Source: Capsulimonadales bacterium (GTDB lineage Bacteria; Armatimonadota; Armatimonadia; Armatimonadales; Armatimonadaceae). From it: a stretch of 64,000 bases of DNA. The stretch is from the NCBI GenBank assembly GCA_033762295.1, contig JANRLW010000069.1, positions 96,001 to 160,000 of the forward strand, read 5' to 3'. The notes beneath the pieces were generated by a model. The model was given only the letters and a program-made list of their open reading frames with translations. It searched no databases and was not told the DNA's origin. Below, piece after piece: positions 57,270 to 64,000 of this stretch. A program made the position numbers and the translations under genes. The first letter of the stretch is position 1; the number at the start of each line of letters is the position of its first letter.

Positions 57270-57448
57270 CCCGTTGCCCGCGACGACCATGGACTCCGGT
57301 GAAACGCGCTCTTGATTTAAACCTGCCTTAATGTGGCGGCCCCATTCTTTTTGTACAATCTCCGGGAGTATGCTTCATTCGGTCGATCCGTCCCCGGATC
57401 GTCCGCGAATCGGGTAGCTCAGCCGTTGTCGCTTCAAGGAGGATTGCC

Positions 57449-58555
57449 ATGAACCTTCGTGTCGTTTCCGTCGCCGTCCTCGGACTTGCCGGTGTCCTGC
57501 CGCTGTCCGGCGTCTCTCACGCTCAGACTCCCTTCCTGCCCGACCCTGCCATCGTCTACCGGTACGCTCCGTCGGTCCGCCTGCACTCGTACGACAACCA
57601 CCGTCCGGCCGCCATCGAAGCCTTCCTGAACTCGTGCGTCCTGAAAGCCGCCAATGGCGCCCAATTGAAGGATGCGCCGACCGTCCTCGATCTTGGCCTG
57701 TACAATGCGTCGGGCAACTACCTGTCACCGAAGTGGCCGATCCCGGCCGCGCCGAACGACTACGTCACCGGGGACGCGCCCGTGTCCGTCTCCGGCAGCA
57801 CCGCGTACTGGAACAGTCCGTTCTACGTCCGCTGCTACGACTTTCCCGCCCACGTTGATTTCAAGTATGCTTTCTTCTACCCGTTCAACGGCTTCCAGAC
57901 CTTCCGGGCCGACATCCTCACCGGCTTCTTTCGCCGGACCGACCGGAACTTCATCTGGGGCAATTTCGCCCGGCACGTCGGCGACTGGGAGCATGTCACG
58001 GTGCGCCTCAACAAGAGCATGACCCAGGTTCTGGGCGTCTGGTACTCGCAGCATGGCGACAGCCAGTATGTCACGAATCCTTCGTTCTCGGGGACGCACC
58101 CGATCGTCTACTCCGCCCTCGACAGCCACGCCAATTACGCCGGCCGCGGGTGGTTCCGGCTCGCGGAAGTGCTGCCACCCCCGGGTATCCTGCCGGTGAC
58201 CCGACTCCAGGCGGTGGACACCACCGAAACCGGGACGCACTCGGTATACCGGACGCCGAATCCGCTGTATTCGACGCTTCTCTGGGAACCGTACAACTAC
58301 GGCAATATCATCCTGGTCGATTCGAATCCGTCGGTCAGCCTCGCCATGAACTTCCTCGGGAAGTGGGGACCGCTCATGGATAACACCAACATTCAAAGGC
58401 CGCCGACGCTGCCGAGCAACGCCCAGAACACTCTGTATAACGGAGCGGTGATCGCCAATGTCTTCGGGCTGCTGCCTGCGGAGTATCTGGAGAACAACGG
58501 TCCGGATTCGCCCGGAAACCAGGGCAACGGATGGTGGCTGAGCGACGAACCGTAA
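57449..58555 (+). CDS. Secreted Vps62-related protein
   Basis: Signal peptide; YAP.V.LH, Y.FFYPFNG, HVGDWEHVTVR, YSQH, HPIVYSA..SHANY, F.GKWG; GGAGG SD. Confidence 0.8.
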   Translation: MNLRVVSVAVLGLAGVLPLSGVSHAQTPFLPDPAIVYRYAPSVRLHSYDNHRPAAIEAFLNSCVLKAANGAQLKDAPTVLDLGLYNASGNYLSPKWPIPAAPNDYVTGDAPVSVSGSTAYWNSPFYVRCYDFPAHVDFKYAFFYPFNGFQTFRADILTGFFRRTDRNFIWGNFARHVGDWEHVTVRLNKSMTQVLGVWYSQHGDSQYVTNPSFSGTHPIVYSALDSHANYAGRGWFRLAEVLPPPGILPVTRLQAVDTTETGTHSVYRTPNPLYSTLLWEPYNYGNIILVDSNPSVSLAMNFLGKWGPLMDNTNIQRPPTLPSNAQNTLYNGAVIANVFGLLPAEYLENNGPDSPGNQGNGWWLSDEP

Positions 58556-58576
58556 GCCGTTCGCCGGACCGGTTCG

Positions 58577-58612
58577 ACGGGCGCGGAGGCCGATCCGCGC
58601 CCGTTTTCGTTC
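58577..58612 (+). terminator. Intrinsic terminator
   Basis: acgggcgcgga/tccgcgcccgt stem followed by tttcgtt. Confidence 0.75.
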
Positions 58613-58672
58613 CGTCCGGTTTTCCGCTACAATAAGGATGACAAACCAGGAACGAGGTTGCCGCCGCCCCTG

Positions 58673-59461
58673 ATGCCCGACCACCGACCGAGAATTGCCG
58701 TTACGCCCCACCGTTACCGACTCGATGGCGACATGTGTCTCCACCCCGGCTACACCGATTCGGTATTTCGCGCCGGGGGCTGGCCGATCGTTCTGCCCCT
58801 GATCCCCGACGCCAACGCCTACGCCGAAGTGCTCGACCTGTTCGACGGCTTTCTGCTCACCGGATCGGAAGCGGACGTTTTTCCGGAACGCTACGGCAAA
58901 ACGCCGCCCGACAACAACTATTCCGACCCGGAGCGGGACACACAGGACATCGTTCTGCTCGATCACGCCAAAGTGACCGGGAAGCCCGTCTTCGGGGTCT
59001 GCCGGGGCTGCCAGATGATGAACGTCCACCGCGGCGGGACGCTCGCGCTTCACTACTCCGAACTGGCGGAGACGTCGATCGAACATGCCGGTAAGGAGTT
59101 TACCGGTCCGCCCGCACATACGGTCACGCTCGTCCGGGGGACGATGACCGGCGACCTGGTTCCGTTATCCGTGGTGCCCGTCAACTCGGTCCACCGGCAG
59201 GTCTGTGAAACGATCGGGAACGACCTCCGGGTGACCGCCCGATCCGAGGACGGCCTGATCGAAGGGATCGAGGATGTCCGGCATCCCGAACGATACTTCG
59301 CCGTCCAGTGGCATCCGGAACAGTGGGGCGACCGCCCGGACGGACTGGCCAACGCGCTTTTCGGCGTCCTGGTCCGGGAAGCCGCACGGTACCGCGACGG
59401 GCGAGAGGGACCGACCCGGAAAACCGGCGGGGCCGAATCGATCTCGCGTTCGTCGGCTTGA
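58673..59461 (+). CDS. Gamma-glutamyl-gamma-aminobutyrate hydrolase family (peptidase C26, PuuD-like)
   Basis: DG.LLTG..DV.P..YG, GVCRGCQ nucleophile, VNS.H.Q, VQWHPE. Confidence 0.9.
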   Translation: MPDHRPRIAVTPHRYRLDGDMCLHPGYTDSVFRAGGWPIVLPLIPDANAYAEVLDLFDGFLLTGSEADVFPERYGKTPPDNNYSDPERDTQDIVLLDHAKVTGKPVFGVCRGCQMMNVHRGGTLALHYSELAETSIEHAGKEFTGPPAHTVTLVRGTMTGDLVPLSVVPVNSVHRQVCETIGNDLRVTARSEDGLIEGIEDVRHPERYFAVQWHPEQWGDRPDGLANALFGVLVREAARYRDGREGPTRKTGGAESISRSSA

Positions 59462-59486
59462 CAGAAACCGGTCGGGTTTCCATAAT
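59458..59486 (+). promoter_or_regulatory. Sigma70-type promoter TTGACA-17-CATAAT
   Basis: Consensus -35, exact 17-nt spacer, GTG start 6 nt downstream. Confidence 0.75.
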
Positions 59487-59492
59487 GGGGGA

Positions 59493-60488
59493 GTGACGAT
59501 CAGCGTTCTTGTGCCCACCTACCGCCGTCCGAACGACCTTCGCCTGGTTCTGGACACCCTGAAAAGGCAGGACCGATTTCCCGATCAGGTCATCGTTACC
59601 GTTCGTGATACCGATACCGAGACGCAGGCGTTCTTCCGGGGATATGACGCCGACCCGTTGCCGTTGACCGTCACCGAGGTCCGTGAGCCGGGAGTGGTCG
59701 CCGCCATGAACGCCGGTCTGGCGGTCGTTACGGGCGATATTACGGTTCTGACCGACGATGATACCGAACCGTTTCCCGACTGGTTGAAGCGGATCGAAGC
59801 GCATTTCGTGGCCGATCCGACCGTCGGCGGCGTCGGCGGACGCGACCATCAGAAGATTCACCCGGGGCCGGAAACCGAGGATGTCGGCCGCCTCTCCTGG
59901 TTCGGACGACTGACCGGAAACCATCATGTCGGGATCGGGCCGCCACGTGAGGTCGATACCCTCAAAGGGGCCAATTGCGCATACCGGACCGTGCCTCTGC
60001 GGGCGATCGGATTCGATACCCGCCTTCTCGGCAGCGGCGCGCAGGTGAACTGGGAACTCGGACTCGGTCTCGCGCTGCGCCGGGCCGGCTGGAAACTCAT
60101 CTACGATCCGCAGGTCGCCGTCCACCATCATATCGCGCAGCGGTTCGGCGACGACCAGACCCATCGCGGAATTTTCCAAGCCCGCCCGTACCAGGAAGCC
60201 GTGCACAATGAAACCCTGTTTCTCTGGTACTACCTGTCCCCGCCACAGCGGATGGCCTTCACCGTATGGTCCGTGCTGGTCGGAACCCGGGGTGTGCCGG
60301 GAGTCGTTCAACTGATCCGCTTCCCGAAAAATCCGGAGATCCGTCAGCGATTCCTGGCATCGTTCGGCGGCCGACTGTCCGGGGTTCGCGCCGCGCGGAC
60401 GACCCGACCGCCGGGTTCGCCTCCGCCCCGTCCCGACGAGATGCAAAACGCTTCGCGAAGCGATACGATGACCGTGAGGACGCCATGA
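59493..60488 (+). CDS. Glycosyltransferase family 2
   Basis: ISVLVPTYRRP, A.NAGL, TDDD, GAN.AYR, GFD. Confidence 0.9.
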   Translation: MTISVLVPTYRRPNDLRLVLDTLKRQDRFPDQVIVTVRDTDTETQAFFRGYDADPLPLTVTEVREPGVVAAMNAGLAVVTGDITVLTDDDTEPFPDWLKRIEAHFVADPTVGGVGGRDHQKIHPGPETEDVGRLSWFGRLTGNHHVGIGPPREVDTLKGANCAYRTVPLRAIGFDTRLLGSGAQVNWELGLGLALRRAGWKLIYDPQVAVHHHIAQRFGDDQTHRGIFQARPYQEAVHNETLFLWYYLSPPQRMAFTVWSVLVGTRGVPGVVQLIRFPKNPEIRQRFLASFGGRLSGVRAARTTRPPGSPPPRPDEMQNASRSDTMTVRTP

Positions 60489-61177
60489 CGATCACCTGGT
60501 ACGGCCACGCGGCCTTTCTGCTGGAAGGACGGAACGCGGACGGAAAAACCGTTCGAATCGGACTCGACCCCTATCAGGCTCCGCTCGCCGGAACCTATGC
60601 CCCGATCGACGACCTCGCCGATGTCGTCGCCGTCTCCCATGAAAACGCGAAATACCATTCGTTCACCGGGACCTTCCGGAACGCCGAAGGCGACCCGTCG
60701 CCGGTCGTCGACGGCCTGTCCCTGCTCGGACGGCAACAGCCGGAGACGGTTGCCGGCGTGCCGCTGACCGCCGTCCGCGTCTGGGAGAACGACCGGCGCG
60801 AGGAACCGATCGCCATGATCGGGCTGATGCTGGAAAGCGTCCGGGTTCTGCACATGGGCGATTGCGGTCATGCCCTCTCTCCGGAGGAAGTGGCCGCCTG
60901 CGGACCGGTGGACGTTCTGCTGGCGCTGGCCGGTGGCCCGCCGACCCTGACACTGACCGATCTCGTCGGCTTCGTTCGCGATCTTCGTCCTCGGGTCGTC
61001 GTGCCGATGCACTTCGGCAACGACAAAATCAATCTCCGATTGCAACCGCTTTCCGACTTCCTGGCGCGGGTACCGCCGGAATGGCCGGTGCGGTCGTTCG
61101 AAACGTCCGCCGTGACGGTGACCCCGGAAACGCTCCCGGAATCCACCGAGGTGTGGGTTCTCCCTCCGGCCCGTTGA
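60485..61177 (+). CDS. MBL-fold metallo-hydrolase
   Basis: ITWYGHAAF, DPY, SH....H, LHMGD, VVPMHF; ATGA overlap with GT2. Confidence 0.85.
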   Translation: MTITWYGHAAFLLEGRNADGKTVRIGLDPYQAPLAGTYAPIDDLADVVAVSHENAKYHSFTGTFRNAEGDPSPVVDGLSLLGRQQPETVAGVPLTAVRVWENDRREEPIAMIGLMLESVRVLHMGDCGHALSPEEVAACGPVDVLLALAGGPPTLTLTDLVGFVRDLRPRVVVPMHFGNDKINLRLQPLSDFLARVPPEWPVRSFETSAVTVTPETLPESTEVWVLPPAR

Positions 61178-61213
61178 GCGCACGGACCCATCGGACAGAA
61201 AACGAGGCATACC

Positions 61214-63970
61214 ATGGAATATTCGGGCCGTATCCGACCGCCGGCGTTTCTGCTGGCGGTCCTGTCCGCCCTATCTGCCGTCTCCGCTCTTCCCGCCGTC
61301 GCGCAGGAGGCGTCGTGGCAGGCAACGGTAGGGGCGAACGGCACGGTGACCGTTCGCCGAAAAGCCGGAGACGCTCCGGTGTTGACCATCGCGCCGGGGA
61401 TTTTCGAACGCACCTGGCAGTTTCGTGGGATCGGACCCGGCGACGGATTTGACGCGACAACGACGCCGGTGACCGCGCAGGGGACCGTCTTCGCCTCCGC
61501 CGCCGAGGCGCGAATCCCGGTGCGAACGACCGTGACCGCCGAGGGAAAGACCCTGACCCTGCGTTCCTCCTTCGCCTCGCCGAAACCGGTCGCCGTCAAC
61601 TCCGTCCACCTCTCGGTCTCCCTCGACACCAATCGCTATGTCAACGCCGCCTGGGCGGCGGGCGGGCGGACCGGAACGGTACCCGCCGTCGCCGGGGAAG
61701 CCGGTCTTGTCCGGGGCGAGAAAGAGATCGTGCTGGCGGATGGACCGGAGAGACTGGTTTTTCGATCTCCGGAACCGAGCCTGCTCCTGCAGGATAATCG
61801 GGCCTACGGTTCCCCGATTCTGGAGGTGCGCGCCGGTGGACAGGAGGAGCGTACGCTGCAGCCCGGCGCGAACGAAACGGTCGAACTGACGATCGAGTTT
61901 CCGCAAACCCTCGCCGTCGTTCGCGACGAGCCGCTGACCGTTCGACAGGGCGAGGATTGGGTGCCTCTGGACCTCAAACTCGACATCAAGAAAGGGTCCG
62001 CGCTCGACTTCGGACGGCTTTTCCCCCGTAAACCGGCCGGAGACTCCGGATGGGTGATCGTTCGTCCGGACGGACACTTCGGATTCGAAAAGAGCGACCG
62101 ACCGGTCCGGTTCTATGGCACGAACCTCTGCTTCTCCGCGAACTATTTGGAACCGGCGGAAGCGGATCGATTGGCCGATCGGTTCGTCGCTCTGGGCTAC
62201 AACACGGTAAGGATTCATCATTACGAAGGTGACCTGATCGAACCGAACCGGCCCGATTCGCTGACCTTCCGCCGCGAACAACTGGACCGATTCGACTATC
62301 TGATGGCGGCCTTCAAAAAGCGAGGGATCCATATCAGCACCGACCTGTACGTCTCTCGCCCGGTAAAACCCGAGGAGATGGAGGGGTTGGGCGATTTCAA
62401 GGCGGCGGTCCTCGTTTCGGCGAAGGCGCGGGCCAACTGGAAGGAATTCACCCGTCGGCTCCTTACCCATGTCAACCCCTATACCGGGCTGGCCTATCGC
62501 GACGATCCGGCGATGGCGTTCCTCTGCGTGGTGAACGAACCCAACGCGACCAACTATTTCGGCGGTATGAACGAACGGCTGCGCGAAAGGTTCGTTTCGG
62601 AGTGGACCCGGTGGCGGATTCGGACCGGCCGACCGGACGCGCCCTTGCCCGGTTCGACGAACGACGGCGCGACCGGACGCGAGGCGGCGGCGTTTCTGTC
62701 CTACCTTCATACCCGCGCCTATACCGAGATGGCCGCATTCCTGAAACAGGAGATCGGCACCCGGGCCGTCCTGACCGATTTGAACGGCTGGTCCGAAATT
62801 CCCGGCTTCATGACCGCCCGTCTCCCGCTCGATTACGTCGACAACCATTTCTACTGGGACCATCCGCAGTTTCTGGCACGGGACTGGTCGCTTCCGTCGC
62901 AGGGCTACCAGCGAGGGCAGAGCGCGGTCCGGGACGGCGGTACCGGGCCGTCCAATGTGGCGATGACCCGGCTGTTCGGCAAACCGTTCACGGTCAGCGA
63001 GTTCAACTACACCGCTCCGAACCCGTATCGAGCCGAGGGCGGTTTGCTGATGGGAGCGGCAGCCGCGCTACAGGACTGGGATATCGTCTGGCGGTTCGCC
63101 TATTCGCACTCGCGCGACGCCGTGATCCGACCGGTGCCGCTGGACTACTTCAACACGGCCTCCGATCCGATCAGCGCGGCCAGTGACCGGGCGGCAGTGC
63201 TGCTGTTCCGACGAGGCGACCTGCGACCGGCTAAAAGCGCGGTCGTCCGCACATTGAACGGCAAAGCATTGGCGGAGGGGGGCGAAGTCACCGCTCCCGA
63301 TTTCCGTGACCTGACCCTGGTCACACGGATCGGAAACCGGGTGCTGTTTCCGGCCGGCCTGTCACCGAACGTCAACGAAACGGAGGAACTGCGACTGTCG
63401 GGCGGCGATGCGGCCCAGGCTCTCCTGTCGCTGAAGCAATCGGGGAAACTGCCGCAGGATAACCGCACCGATCTCGGGCGACGACGGCTGGAATCCGAAA
63501 CCGGGGAACTCCTCAACGATGGTTCGACCGGCCTGCTCCGGATCGTGACCCCGCGCACGGTCGGCGGTGTGGCGCCGGTCGGGGAAACGCTCACCGCCGG
63601 ACCGTTGACAGTGGTTCCCTCCGGTGCAACGGCCACCGTCTGGGTCTCGTCGCTCGACGGACGGGCGGTTCGGGACAGCCGACGCCTCCTCCTGACGCAC
63701 CTGACCGATGTGCGTAATGAGGGGATGCGTTTTTCGTCCTCCGATGCGTTGGTCCTGGAAAACTGGGGGACGCTTCCGCATCTCGCCCGCCAGGGAACCG
63801 TCGCCGTCCGTTTGATCGCGCCGGGCCGTTGGAAGGCATGGCGACTGGACACCGCGGGAAACCGGGTGGCGACCGTTCCCGTGGTTCGGACCGGAGAGAC
63901 GGTGACGGTGGAACTGTCGACACGCGGCCCGGACGGCAAGGCAACGCTCTATTACGAACTGGTCCGCTGA
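61214..63970 (+). CDS. Large secreted clan GH-A (GH5-like) glycoside hydrolase
   Basis: Signal peptide; VRFYGTNL, GYN.VRIHH, VNEP putative acid/base, DNHFYWDHP, VSEFN putative nucleophile. Confidence 0.75.
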   Translation: MEYSGRIRPPAFLLAVLSALSAVSALPAVAQEASWQATVGANGTVTVRRKAGDAPVLTIAPGIFERTWQFRGIGPGDGFDATTTPVTAQGTVFASAAEARIPVRTTVTAEGKTLTLRSSFASPKPVAVNSVHLSVSLDTNRYVNAAWAAGGRTGTVPAVAGEAGLVRGEKEIVLADGPERLVFRSPEPSLLLQDNRAYGSPILEVRAGGQEERTLQPGANETVELTIEFPQTLAVVRDEPLTVRQGEDWVPLDLKLDIKKGSALDFGRLFPRKPAGDSGWVIVRPDGHFGFEKSDRPVRFYGTNLCFSANYLEPAEADRLADRFVALGYNTVRIHHYEGDLIEPNRPDSLTFRREQLDRFDYLMAAFKKRGIHISTDLYVSRPVKPEEMEGLGDFKAAVLVSAKARANWKEFTRRLLTHVNPYTGLAYRDDPAMAFLCVVNEPNATNYFGGMNERLRERFVSEWTRWRIRTGRPDAPLPGSTNDGATGREAAAFLSYLHTRAYTEMAAFLKQEIGTRAVLTDLNGWSEIPGFMTARLPLDYVDNHFYWDHPQFLARDWSLPSQGYQRGQSAVRDGGTGPSNVAMTRLFGKPFTVSEFNYTAPNPYRAEGGLLMGAAAALQDWDIVWRFAYSHSRDAVIRPVPLDYFNTASDPISAASDRAAVLLFRRGDLRPAKSAVVRTLNGKALAEGGEVTAPDFRDLTLVTRIGNRVLFPAGLSPNVNETEELRLSGGDAAQALLSLKQSGKLPQDNRTDLGRRRLESETGELLNDGSTGLLRIVTPRTVGGVAPVGETLTAGPLTVVPSGATATVWVSSLDGRAVRDSRRLLLTHLTDVRNEGMRFSSSDALVLENWGTLPHLARQGTVAVRLIAPGRWKAWRLDTAGNRVATVPVVRTGETVTVELSTRGPDGKATLYYELVR

Positions 63971-64000
63971 CCGACGTTGCGACGTTTCCATCCCTGCCAG

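Noticed and set aside
59274..59492. N-terminal extensions of GT2 (and of MBL at 60266, AraC at 53597, Nudix at 36579)
   Set aside because: They overlap neighbouring genes or promoter regions; shorter starts match domain boundaries
1..64000. tRNA, rRNA or CRISPR arrays
   Set aside because: No cloverleaf or repeat-spacer pattern seen by eye; GGTTCGA hits lie inside coding sequence or terminators

Overview
GC-rich bacterial chromosomal window with about 50 genes. The mix of Planctomycete-type PSD1/cytochrome c plus DUF1501 operons, a PEP-CTERM protein and many carbohydrate enzymes suggests Armatimonadota or a PVC-like organism (inference only). Housekeeping genes: typA, mnmE, moaA/mog, citrate synthase, a speD-like gene, MutT and rtcB. 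Sugar genes: xylonate dehydratase, CE7 esterase, GH2, a clan GH-A enzyme and a sugar ABC transporter. Highlights: (1) a four-gene TerY-P-like module with two membrane-anchored atypical kinase paralogs plus vWA and PP2C (11240-16772); (2) a TnpB-only IS200/IS605 element with ends resolved to the base (55969-57249, TAM TTCAT), inserted exactly between the Shine-Dalgarno and the ATG of a host gene; (3) a 412-aa intein at the active-site Cys of RtcB, with a degenerate LAGLIDADG block; (4) two diheme-cytochrome/DUF1501 operons in sugar-catabolic context; (5) repeated leaderless-type promoter architecture; (6) an AfsR-like STAND regulator followed by a TGAC/GTCA operator array. No rRNA, tRNA or CRISPR array was seen. 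All family calls come from recognising motifs by eye; no database search was run.
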